Assembly: GCA_046350815.1 (NCBI GenBank) | Contig: JAXLZO010000001.1 | Coordinates: 960,001 to 992,000 of the forward strand | Direction of reading: 5' to 3' | Source: Candidatus Saccharimonadota bacterium | GTDB taxonomy: Bacteria > Patescibacteriota > Gracilibacteria > BD1-5 > UBA2023 | Length of the DNA: 32,000 bases | In this document: positions 1 to 11,086 of the stretch, piece after piece | Layout of the letters: the number at the start of each line of letters is the position of its first letter | Position numbering within the stretch: the stretch's first letter is position 1 | Notes under the pieces: generated by a model | The model's database searches: none | Told to the model about the DNA's origin: nothing | Seen by the model: only the letters and a program-made list of their open reading frames with translations | Translations under genes and position numbers: made by a program

Positions 1-1
1 T

Positions 2-859
2 GATTCTGTTGAAGATAGCATGGAATTCGATGTAGATCAAAACGGGAAAAAAATGTTTGTGAATGCTTTTGAAATCAAGACATCCAAAATGCTTGAAAAA
101 AGAAGCTACAGGCATGGTCATGCAAGTAGACATAGAAAAAGAGTAGTGACGAATCATGCATATCTAATAAAAGCCGTGTTTCCAAATGCCCGTATTCCCA
201 TGAAAAGTGATTTGGTAATAACCAATGATCAAACTCTAAATAGAGCTATCATGATTCCTTTTGCATCAGGTATGACTTGATTTATGATTTGAGCACTTTC
301 TTTCCATTATCTCTCATGACTTAATCTCCCAGGAAATACCGAAATTCTATTTGCATTAACTATTGGGTGTAGCCTCTGATTATTGATGTACAAAAAAATG
401 AAAATGATAAATGAAATGAACAAGGTTGAAATGGAGAATATTGAATTTGAAAAACTCTTTGATGTAAAATGTGAAGACCAAGTTACGAGCCGTATGATCC
501 TCACTCCAGCATTTATGGATCGTATCGTTTCATTTGTACATAAAACTGGGAATCAATACGAATTTCTCTTTCAAGGGAATACACTCTATATCAAGAGAAA
601 AATTCCAGGGAAATACCTCGAAGTTGGTACCGAAAAAAACATCCTCACCAATCTATCATGATTTGTTCAATTTTATTGTGATATGAGAGAAGTAATGCTC
701 TTCATCAATGATATGAACCTCATGTATCTCTCTAAAACTGATAGTTCTCTTGTAAATATAAGTCAAGAGTATCATCGATCGGAAGCTCTGAGATTTGAGA
801 AAGTAAGTCCACTCTGATTTTTTGCGAAATTCCAACCATTACTTCGTTTTATCAGATAA
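2..859 (+). CDS. hypothetical protein, 5' end outside window (possibly DUF3137-like)
   Basis: The frame is open from the window edge. ORF-track pieces 20..280 and 383..661 share this frame and are joined by in-frame TGA codons. Stop is TAA at 857-859. The segment FEKLFDVKCEDQVTSRMILTPAFMDRIV resembles DUF3137 proteins from memory only. Confidence 0.55.
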
Positions 860-911
860 ATAAAGAAAATATATATTCATATAAAGGTCTAAACGACTAT
901 TCTACATAAGC

Positions 912-935
912 AAAAAGAACCTCACGGTTCTTTTT
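912..935. terminator. bidirectional intrinsic terminator-like hairpin
   Basis: AAAAAGAACC-TCAC-GGTTCTTTTT is a perfect stem flanked by an A-run and a T-run. It lies between convergent genes. Confidence 0.5.
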
Positions 936-1135
936 GCTTTCATTGAGCCACAATGAATACATTTATCATATCAACGTAAGGAATTAGACTTACCAATCCA
1001 GCGAGTTACGATTGTTGAGGCGAGTTAGAGATCTACTTCTACTGTAATACTTGAACGTACCATCCATTCCCAAGATTTCCAGCTACACGGGAATAACATT
1101 TATATTATTCTGTCATTCTGAAATTGATTTAAGAC

Positions 1136-2107
1136 CTACTCTTTCTCCCCTACATGATATTCCTTGTAGAGATCATAGATATCTGATTTAATCTTTGGAT
1201 CTTCACATTCAATATAATCCTTCTGAATATCGGTCTCATGAGATTGCAAATAATTCCGAATATTTTCTTGAAACTTTGGATCATCGGGCATAAACTTATT
1301 GGCTTCGATAATTCTCCTTAAATAGGAATTTTGAATCACATGAACCTTATCCCATTTTCCAGAAAATACATCATACATATGCGTTACCGTCTCTTCGGGA
1401 GCTTGAATCGTTCACATTTCTACCACTCCATGTGTCACCCCATCTCCTCACTCCAAAAGAATTGCCAAATCTCAAAATCAAAAGAATGAAGCAATAAAAT
1501 TTGGATAAGTAGATCGAATGGTTTTAATTTTATTTCTGTCAAGTGACTGTGCATCAGTATACATGGCTTTTTGTTCCACATAGTAGACAATATTCTTGGT
1601 AACGAGAATATAATCCATATCAAGATTAATCATCTGAATATTATAGAGACGATTGAAGTAGATCTGAACTAAGAGACATCAAATCTCAAGAAATATGTAA
1701 TAACTCCGATCATGCAAAAAAATGGATCCAACTGTAAACATTTGGTAAACAATGTAGATAATATCAAGAAGAACAATGATGATAAAGAAAAAATAAAGTG
1801 TTTGAAGCTGATTAAAGAAGGCAGTGAACAACTCATCACCTTCTTCAAGTTCCTGATATATCTGATTGAGATTCCGAATCTCAAAAGACTGATGATGGTT
1901 TTTATGAAAGCTACGAAGATATCGAAACGATGCAAATACAAGATAAAAAGCAAAGAAAGAGAATATCACCCCTAGAATAATTCCAAAAATATTTCAGTGA
2001 AATCGAGAATAAACAAAATATATATTTGCGAGTGAAAGAACGATGATGGGAAGAAGTACCGTGATCATCGTAAAAAGACCAAAAAACCATGTATGTTTAA
2101 TCATCAT
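1136..2107 (-). CDS. hypothetical multi-pass membrane protein
   Basis: Pieces 1136..1378 and 1679..1969 plus the sequence between and upstream form one frame once TGA is read as sense. Start is ATGATG at 2102-2107 and stop is TAG at 1136-1138. The N-terminal half is hydrophobic. No family recognised. Confidence 0.55.
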
Positions 2108-2220
2108 GGCATATCATTCGCCTTCCTTCCGCAACCTATCAACAAGCTGTGTATCTCGTTCTACTCGAAATGAGGTCCAAAGATACTCATAAATAACTCG
2201 AAAATTTAACATAGTAATCA

Positions 2221-2252
2221 GAAAAGAGGAAAAGAGGAATTAAAATTCCTCT
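2221..2252 (-). terminator. intrinsic terminator-like hairpin overlapping the secF stop
   Basis: AGAGGAA-TTAAAA-TTCCTCT palindrome, followed on the minus strand by TTTCCTCTTTTC. Confidence 0.4.
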
Positions 2253-3253
2253 GATTTTTTAGGGTCTCGATATGTGAGAATATCTGATTCTCGCGAACGC
2301 ACCATATCATAGAGCATGGGAGCTGCAATAGCAATACTAGAGTACGTCCCTATCACAGCACCGAATATCATAGCGAGCATAAATCAACGAAGTGTTTCTG
2401 GACCGAAGAAGAAGAGAACAACCAAGACAATCACAACCGTAGTGGAAGTATAGATACTACGAGTAAGCGTCTCATGTACTGATCGATTGATAAGCGTATG
2501 GAGATCTTCTCATTTCTTCATCTTCACACGTTCTCGAAGGATAGAGCGAATTCGATCCATCACAACAATTGTATCATTAATAGAGTAACCAAGTACCGTT
2601 AGTATGGCTGTTATGAAGAACGTATCAATGGTAAATTCCGGAAAGAACGAAGATACAAGTAAATAGAGACCTGCTGTAATGATAACATCATGAAAGAGTG
2701 AGGCAGCAGTAACAACTCAAAATGAAAAACTGCTAATACCAGCAAGTGTACCACGAAATGCGTATGCAATATAACAAGAAATACTGAGCACTACAAGAAT
2801 CAATGTTTGTATTCCTCGTTCCTTGACGTGCTTTCCAAATGATTCTCCAATATTAACATAGCGAGAAGGTTCTCCAATATTTTCATTTGGAAATGATTTT
2901 TTGAGTGCATCTGTGACAAGAATTTTACTTTCTTGTTTGATTTTTTCGAGTTCTCCATCGTTGAGTCATTTGTTATAACCTACTTCTACCACAAATTGGC
3001 TCGCACCAGCAATACGATATGCATTGATGGTATTGATATGAAATTCTGTTTTTGAATTCAGAGCATCTTTGACGGTGGTGTTTACTGTCTCGATATTGAT
3101 TTGACCACTGTATGAGTACTCAGAAAGGGTACCACCAGTGAGATCTATACCAAAACGAGGAGAGAAGAGAAATGGTGCGGCGAGAGAAAACAAGGTAAGT
3201 CCGATGGATATACCGTAGAGCCAAGAGCGGCGAGCTATAAAATCAAAATGCAT
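2240..3253 (-). CDS. secF: protein translocase subunit SecF
   Basis: N-terminus MHFDFIARRSWLYGISIGL...GIDLTGGT is typical of SecF. The C-terminal half has multiple TM segments (GYSINDTIVVMDRIR). Piece 2966..3253 continues through TGA 2966-2968 to TAA 2240-2242. Confidence 0.85.
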
Positions 3254-3276
3254 AAAAAATTTTTCTTACAATATCG

Positions 3277-4221
3277 CTACAAGGTTGCTTGTCAAATCGA
3301 ATCACTCTTTTGCTCAAGAATTTTCTCAAGACGATAGAGACCAAATGAAATGCCAAAAAAGAGAATGATTCAAAGAAGAAGAAAAAAGAAACTATTTTCC
3401 GATTCCAAGAAAATATTCGATAGTGTGTGAAAAACAATTGCGCAAAGGAATCAAAGAACGAGACGTGGATGAAAAAAGTAGAGTTTTTTCGGTATATCAA
3501 AGAAGAACCCCAGAGCAAGAAACATACTCACCATATGAATACCAAGAGAGAAAAATGTTCGAACAAACAAAAGATTGCCTACCTGAACAAGGGAAGAATT
3601 TTGACTATAAGTAATGAGTGCATAAAAGATATTCTCACAAAAAGCAAAACCAAGTGCGATAATAATACCCCCAAGAACTATTCAAACAACACTATCTCAG
3701 CCAATAATCCTTGCAAAGATTACCTTATTTGATTCTTCTGAGAGGGCATTGAGAAAAGTTACAATGATAGATCAAAGTGCGATACTACTGATAAATATAT
3801 GGGTATTGTGTAGTATGGGAAGAAGTAGCACTACCAATACCAAGAAGAAAATACTTGTAGCTATATACGTCATCAGAGCAGAGCATCACTCACGTGATGA
3901 TCTAAAAATAGATATTGCACCAATCAGCCATCATGGAATCAAAGCAAGGATAAGAAATATAACTATATTGACAATATGATGCGATGAAATCAAAATAGTA
4001 TCAGTATTGAGGATGTTAAGGCTATTGTATATATCAGGAAGGAGCTTATGAAGAGTAATCATAAGTACAAGATACGCCATTGGAAGAAAGACACCGAACC
4101 AGAAACTTTTACGAAAAAAACCTACCCCCAATAACTTTCGAGATCGAACGATAATATACCCAGCAAAGATGAGTGGAAAAGAAATACCAAAAAAGAGGAG
4201 AAAGAGGGAAAATAACATCAT
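3277..4221 (-). CDS. PrsW-family intramembrane metalloprotease-like protein
   Basis: Polytopic membrane protein assembled through about 6 in-frame TGA codons. It carries the ordered motifs EESNK (EExxK), GFAFCEN (FxxxE) and HTLSN (HxxxN). Starts 8 nt after the murA stop; stop is TAG 3277-3279. Confidence 0.6.
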
Positions 4222-4228
4222 AGACTAT

Positions 4229-5497
4229 TTATTCTTCATCGATGCGTTCAATATCCGCACCGATAGAACGCAATTTTCCAATAATATCTTCATATCAGCG
4301 ATCAATGTACTGTATGTTTGTAACATGCGTCGTACCGCGTGCAATAAGACCTGCTATAATCATAGCAACACCCGCTCGTAGATCCCATGAAGCAACACTT
4401 CCTCATACAAGCTGTGTAGGACCATGAATAATTGCTTGATGGGGGTTGAGAACCGTTGCCCTTCATTTCAGGAGTTCAAGTTCAGCAAGCCAACCAAGGC
4501 GAGATTCAAACAAAACCTCATGAATTCTCGAATCACCTTGCGCCTGAGTAAGGAGTATCGAAAAAGGAGATTGGAGATCCGTCGGAAAACCGGGAAAAAT
4601 ATTCGTCTGAAATTTTACCGGTGCAAGCTCTCGTGATCGATAGACACGCATAGTTGTCTCATCAATCATATCATAACGAGCTCATGTGGAACGAAAGGTA
4701 TTGAGAAACATACCAAGATGACTCACCTGAACTCAACCTATATCAATGTATTCCTCACTCATGAGAGCTGCAATGATCATATAAGTACCTGCCTCAATAG
4801 GATCATTTTGCACCGTCGCATGGAGATCTCAGTGAAACAAATCAGGATTTCCAACCACTCTGATGGTATGATCAAAAAGGATGTCTATATCAAATCCTGC
4901 GCTCTGAAGTGTCTCTACAAGATTGATCACATGTGGCTCAATTGCAGCAAAACGAATATTGGTTACTCCTGGGCGCAGAGCACTCATCATGAGGATATTT
5001 TCCGTCGGAGTAACTCAAAATCATGCAGATAGATTCCGCTCTCCAACAAAAAATTCCCCGGAAACACTCACATGAGATGCATCATTATCAAGCGCCACAT
5101 CCAATCCAAGATCTTGAAATCCATGAATATGATCATTGATATGGCGTGATCATAGCGCACATCAACCCGGTGTTGGCAACATCAGTGAACCAAGAGACTG
5201 ATAAAGCGCAGGAATCAGAAGAAGACCTACTCGAATCTTCTTAATGTTAGCAACATCAAGATTGTGAAGCGTAAACGTATTGCGTTCAATAATAACTGTA
5301 TGGTCTCGAAATTCTGTCTTTGCACCGAGACTCTCAATAATAGAAAGAAGTGAGAAAACATCAGCAATACGAGGCACATTCTCTATAACTGCTCGCTCAA
5401 ACATACATCCAAGAGCGATGATTGGTAATGCCGCATTCTTTGATCCAGAAAGGTTGAGGGTTCCAGAGAGAGGCTTTTGACCATTAATTTTCAACAT
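4229..5497 (-). CDS. murA: UDP-N-acetylglucosamine 1-carboxyvinyltransferase
   Basis: 422 codons. N-terminus [27 protein letters not shown]; active-site loop LPTPG-G(TGA 5162-5164)-CALWSR matches the PGGC motif; C-terminal [27 protein letters not shown], reading the in-frame TGA in that stretch as G. Stop TAA 4229-4231. Confidence 0.9.
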
Positions 5498-5505
5498 AGA
5501 AGTTT

Positions 5506-6183
5506 TTAAAATTGAGGAAAGACTTGATTGCGCAGAAGTGCAAACATGTAGGAATAATCAAGAATAGTTGAGCCTATAAGCGTCAATTGTTTTTCTCAAA
5601 GAGCATCCATTCAACGTCGAATTACTACAAGATTATCAAACTCTTCTATAAGATGCTCGGTGGGAAAATGAACTGATATTTTTTTCGATAAAGGAAGAGT
5701 TTGGAGCTCTCTAAGAAGGAGTCGCTGATTTTCAAAAATTTTGATAATACGTACAAGTTTTTCTTGACCAAGATGAAAGTTTTTATTCATAAATTCAGCC
5801 ATTCCATAACCCATAAGAATCTTAGGTCATTCCGAAATGCAAGCAAATACACCAAGCTCTTCACAAATATATTGCAAAACATTATCGTATTCAACATCTT
5901 TTGGGAAAGAATCAGAAAGGAGGTTCGTGGAAAGATGATTAATAAGATAATCAACAAAAACTCTCATACCAGCAGAAGTAGGCAACCTGCCAGCACTATT
6001 ATATGGCTGATAGATCAGCCCCATTTTTTCCAAAAGTGCCATATCATTACGGACCGTAGCAGAAGACACCCCTATATCATATTTTTTGAGGAGTGACTTT
6101 GATCAAGTAATTCCGCCAAATTCAATATATTCCTCAACAATGATTTTGAGAATAGTAATTTTTCGCGCATCTATTTTTTTCAT
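5506..6183 (-). CDS. hrcA: HrcA-like heat-inducible repressor (short, about 225 aa)
   Basis: N-terminal wHTH: [17 protein letters not shown](TGA 6103-6105)[47 protein letters not shown]. Continues through TGA 5611-5613 to TAA 5506-5508. It is shorter than canonical HrcA proteins of about 340 aa. Confidence 0.7.
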
Positions 6184-6201
6184 AGGTTCGTTCATCAGAA
6201 A

Positions 6202-8394
6202 TTAGATGAGTATTTGTCGTGGTTTTGATCCATCAGCGGGTCATACAATACCCATTTCTTCCAAAATATCCATAATGCGACCCGCACGAGCAAATCCAAG
6301 ACCGAGCTTACGTTGGAGCATAGAAGTAGACGCTTTTTGTTCTTTACGAATGAGCTCTATAGCAGATTCGATAATTTTTGGATCCTCATCAAAATTACCG
6401 CCAGATACCGCTCACTCAAAGTTCCCCCGATCTCACAGAACAATTGAGGAATCTTGAAGACTCTCGAGCATCTCTGGATCAATAGTAAGACGAATTTCAC
6501 GAACAACATCATGTACTTCATCGGTCGTAACAAGTACTCATTGCACACGATCTGACTCCGCCGCTCCGCTTGGATAGTAGAGCATATCCCCATAACCAAG
6601 CAAATCTTCAGCTCCGCCACGATCAAGAATCGTGCGGGAATCCGTCTGAGATGCTACAGTAAAAGCAATACGTGATGGAATATTTGCCTTGATCAGACCA
6701 GTGATAACATCTACAGATGGCCTCTGTGTCGCAACGATCAAATGCATTCATACCGCTCGTGCCATCTGCGCAATACGAGTAATATTCGATTCAACTTCTT
6801 TCTTATTACCACTCATCATGAGATCAGCAAGCTCATCAATAACAATAACGATGTATTCCATCTTATGCTTTGATGAAACTTTTTCGTTGTATTCTCCAAG
6901 ATTTCTGGCACCAGCTCACTTGAGTATATCATAACGTCTGAGCATCTCTGCTACCGACCATTTGAGAGCATTAAGAGCCTTTTCACTATCATTGATGACT
7001 GGGCAAAGTAAATGCGGTATACCATTGTATGCATCGAGTTCAACACGCTTTGGATCAATCATGATCATTCTTAAATCCCTTGGAGAATTCTTGTAGAGGA
7101 GAGATATGAGAAACCCATTCATTCCAACAGATTTTCCAGATCCTGTTTGACCAGCTATCAAAAGATGTGGCATACGTGCTAGATCCGTAATCACATATTC
7201 ACCATTGATATTTTTTCCAAGTGCCATCGCGAGCTTGGATGGATGTTTTTGAAAAGCTGAATTCTCAATAACTTCTTTGAGAGATACAACCGATCGTTTT
7301 TCATTAGGAAGCTCGATACCAACGAGACCCATTCACGGTATCGGAGCTTGTATACGAAGAGTCTTTGCCTTAAGTGCAAGAGCGAGATCTTTTTTCAGAT
7401 TCTCAATTCTCGAGAGCTTCACTCACTCTGCAGGAGCAAGACGATATTGAATCACTGTTGGTCAAACCAGTGATCATTTCATATCAACATCAATCTTGAA
7501 TTTCAAAAGTGTCTCCTCAATTTCCAAGGATCTTGCCTCGATTTCAAGAGGACTCGTTTCTGCTTGTTTCGGTGCATTTTTGAGGTGAGTAATACTCGGA
7601 AGTTTCCACCCACTAAAATCAATTTCTCTTCATGGAAGACTTACCTCATCAGCATGATTTGGTGTATGTTTTATGTTTCTTTCATCCTTTTTAATAATAG
7701 GAACTTCTATAAATTCTGATTCTCTAGAGTGAGAAATAGGCTTTGATTCAGGTATACGCGCTGTCTCTTCTTGTTTGATTTTTGTACGCACTTCTTCCAA
7801 TTTTTGTTCAATCGCCTGTTTCTTCTGAGTTTTTGCTTTTGTTTCAATTTTCTCTGATATATCATCTTCATCTCTTTGCCCCCGAAGAACACCTAGTACT
7901 TCTCTATAATCTGGCGAGTTGGCGAATATCTGAGATCGTACATGAGAAATCACTCGACGATAGGATATACGTAAAGAAAGATAGAGAGATACAAGAATAC
8001 CACCAAATACCAAAAATCCACCCGGTACAGAACCAAGCATTCGAACTACTTGAGAGGAGTAATCCAGGGCAGCTCAAGACGAGCCAAGAAGAATCCCAGA
8101 AAAGGTAACAACTCAAAATAAATAAATTATTATACCCACAAGACGCTCGATATTCCAACGAAGCTTACCAACAATAAGGAGTAACGCTACGGGCAACAGA
8201 ATACTCAGCATCATGAAAAAAGCATGCTTTCCAAATAAGATATGAGCATATCGAGTAATAGCAGCACCAAGAGTGGAAGACGGATCAATAAAGAGAAGAA
8301 GAACCACCAAGAAACCTATCCCCCATCACCAAATAAGAGATCCGAATTCCTGCGTGACGAGTGGCTTTTGAGAAGCCGATTTTCTACGTGCCAT
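6202..8394 (-). CDS. ftsK: DNA translocase FtsK
   Basis: N-terminal TM region, then Walker [45 protein letters not shown] and a C-terminal gamma wHTH ([24 protein letters not shown]). One frame contains at least a dozen in-frame TGA codons. Stop TAA 6202-6204. Confidence 0.9.
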
Positions 8395-8440
8395 CTTGAA
8401 AAGGAGTATAATGAAAACAAGAAAAAAGACAAAAGAGAGC

Positions 8441-8467
8441 AAGAAGAAACCCGCCTAAGATGGCGGG
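8441..8467 (-). terminator. intrinsic terminator
   Basis: CCCGCC-TAAGAT-GGCGGG stem-loop overlapping stop 8455-8457, followed on the minus strand by TTTCTTCTT. Confidence 0.5.
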
Positions 8468-8853
8468 AGTTTTCCATTATTCCAAATAAGAATGATTTTC
8501 ATTTGAGGCTTAGCCCAAAGAATATCATCTTGCATTTGGAGAATCTTAGCGCGAGCAACTTCAGCTGAACTTTCTGGATCAATATGAACTCGGTAAACAA
8601 TACTGCTCATAAAGTATATTTCCATCTTGATCCAAAACTGTTCATCAGCCTCATGAACGTAAATATTTACAGATCCAGCAAGATCATCCCTCTTCCAAAA
8701 ACCTGCCTCCGGAATGCTAGGAATGTCTATAACAAATTGATTTTTTGGAAGAAACATCTTCCTGAAAAATGTGATCACAATACACCTCCTCAAGTTTCGT
8801 GATGAATAGATTTTACAGAAATATGTAGAATGAGCAACTCTCATACTTACCAT
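8455..8853 (-). CDS. hypothetical protein
   Basis: Uninterrupted 132-codon ORF ending TAG, followed by a terminator. No family recognised, and the start may be an internal ATG. Confidence 0.4.
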   Translation of the reverse strand: MVSMRVAHSTYFCKIYSSRNLRRCIVITFFRKMFLPKNQFVIDIPSIPEAGFWKRDDLAGSVNIYVHEADEQFWIKMEIYFMSSIVYRVHIDPESSAEVARAKILQMQDDILWAKPQMKIILIWNNGKLPPS

Positions 8854-9088
8854 CCTTCAATAAAAAGAGCCACGAATAGAAAAAAGCCGACAAAAATTAG
8901 ATAGAAAAATACACTATTTTATCAAATAAAATATGTAATGTATCCGCTGTGATTTACTTTCCATAAATCTATACCAAATGATAAATCATAGATTTATCTA
9001 CTAAAATTTCGAACGAAATGATAGATAATTTTGTATTTTTTGAGAAAGTATGTTGAAATAGTAACAATGTGAATTTAATTTTCATACC

Positions 9089-11032
9089 ATGTTTTCATTC
9101 AGTTGATCAATTGCAAGCAAAAAAGCCTTTACTCTCGTTGAGCTGATTGTTGTTATCACTATTCTTGCTATCCTTGCAGCAGTAGGATTCGTAATAATGA
9201 GTCACCATACATCGGTCGCACGAGATGGAAAGAGAATTTCGGAGATACAGAGTTTATCGAGTGCATCTCGTATTACAACAGCACAACTTCGGGAGCTTCC
9301 TCGTCCTATTACAGATAGTCTCGAATTAACAGTGAGTGGATCATTTATTGGGTACCAAGGATTTATGAGTACTACTTTGGTGAATCCTATTGGGTATGGA
9401 TCAGATAAAATCTATGATCCTCTTGATGGAATTCCCTATACCTATCGGGTCAACAAAAATTATGATCAAGCACAGTTCATGGCATACCTTGAGAACCCAA
9501 GATTTGAGAGGAGTATTGAAATTGCCCTGCAATCTCTTCCATCTCTAGTATCTGAAGTTTCTGCTCTTGATACAAGTAGTATTGATTTTTCCAAGAAATA
9601 CCCATACGCTATTGGTGATAGGCTTTGAATATTCATAGATAAAAATACTCGTACCCCTCTTCAGTCAGGAATAACAGGTACGGAAAGTAGAGATATCTCT
9701 TTAAGTGATAGTGGAAGTATTAATATAATCGTTGGAACAAATGGAGATGATAGTTATATATCTACCAATATATCAAATTCTGTTCTTACTTCACTCGTAG
9801 ATGGAAGCTTTGAGAATGATGCATTGATGGCTATGAATACAAATACCGGAAGTAATTCTGGCAGTAGCTCATCAATAAGTCATATACTTACTATGGGAGA
9901 GTATAGTATTATGGGGAATACCTACTATGGATACATAGGACCTCTGACTATAAGTGCATATGCAACTTTATGAGTGAATATTGTCACTGTTACTCCTGGA
10001 TCACTCATAGATGATACTGTTGATGGGTATGTGATTGATACGATTATTTTGGATAGTAATTATAGTTCACCCATTACTATTCTTGCTGGTAGTACGAATA
10101 TGCCATCGAGTGTAACATTTGAGACTCCGTATGCAAATATCTCATGCACTCCGCAGTCAAGCTTTTCAGATATCACTCCGTATAGTTGTAATGGATCAAC
10201 CACTTCAACTGATTTTTATGTGGGATCGCAGCATGATTTAGAGATAACACTTCCTACACCCCCTCCACCAGAGATTACTTGTACAAATCCTGGAAATGTT
10301 ACAGATGCAAGTTATTTCACCTTTAATTCCTCTACACAAACTATTACAGGGTATGATTGAGCGAATGGCCCAAAAAGTATAGTAATTCCGTGTAATATCT
10401 GATGATTAAATGTCAAACATATTGGTAATAGTGCATTCCGAGAATACGCCCTCACATCAATAGAAATTCCAAGTACAGCTATAACTATAGGACATTACGC
10501 ATTTTACGGCAATCAAATTACTTCTGTTACTATTCCTAATTGAGTAACTACCATTAATCCAAATTCATTTCAAACGAATGCAATTGCCTCAGTTACTATT
10601 CCAGAGAGTGTCACTTATATTGGAAGTGCTGCATTTGCACAAAATCAACTCACTTCTGTAACTATCCCAGATAGCGTAACTGATCTTGCAGATTTTGCTT
10701 TCAACAATAATCAAATCACCTCTGTTACAATCCCAGCAGGTATAACGCAACTAAGTGGGTGGGTCTTTTCACAAAATCAAATAGCTTCCATAACTATACC
10801 AAATAACATAATCCATATTTCTAACGGAGCATTTGCTTACAATCAACTCACATCTATTACTCTCCCAAATAGCATCGAATCCATTGGACCATTAGCATTT
10901 ATTTGACAAACATCATCCTTATGAAATGGTACTGTTTATGGACCGGCATCTGGGCCCGTAAAAATTGCATATGGAGTAAATAATTATTATTTTGACAATG
11001 ATAAACTTCCAAACTACGTTGATCTTCCTTAA
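9089..11032 (+). CDS. type IV pilin-like protein with C-terminal BspA-type leucine-rich repeat domain
   Basis: N-terminus [34 protein letters not shown] is a class III prepilin signal with Glu at +5. Pieces 9197..9628 and 9974..10360 and the sequence out to 11032 are one frame joined by TGA codons. The C-terminus has about 8 repeats of 22 aa (IPxSVTxIGxxAFxxNQLTSVT). Stop TAA 11030-11032. Confidence 0.8.
10466..10927 (+). repeat. 66-bp periodic coding repeats (LRR units)
   Basis: Successive ATTCCA/CTCCCA (IP/LP) repeat starts are spaced exactly 66 nt apart from 10466 to 10862. Confidence 0.7.
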
Positions 11033-11046
11033 TCATATTATGTATC

Positions 11047-11086
11047 AAAAAATAGACCTTCTGCGAAGAAGGTCTATTTTTATTTT
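11047..11086. terminator. bidirectional intrinsic terminator
   Basis: AAAAAATAGACCTTCT-GCGA-AGAAGGTCTATTTTTATTTT lies between the convergent pilin-LRR gene and lysS. Confidence 0.7.

Noticed and set aside
946-1135. A gap of about 190 nt without ORFs between a terminator and the next gene, inspected for a tRNA or small RNA.
   Set aside because: I could not fold a cloverleaf, T-loop (GTTCRANYC with flanking stem) or other recognisable RNA signature by eye. It needs covariance-model scanning and cannot be called from the sequence alone.
3243-4221. A secD gene was expected directly upstream of secF, and ORFs 3243..3518 (-) and 3427..3732 (+) were considered as candidates.
   Set aside because: The only coherent table-25 frame here encodes a PrsW-like polytopic protein (EExxK, FxxxE, HxxxN motifs). 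No SecD periplasmic domain or SecD-type TM motifs are present, so secD must be elsewhere or absent.
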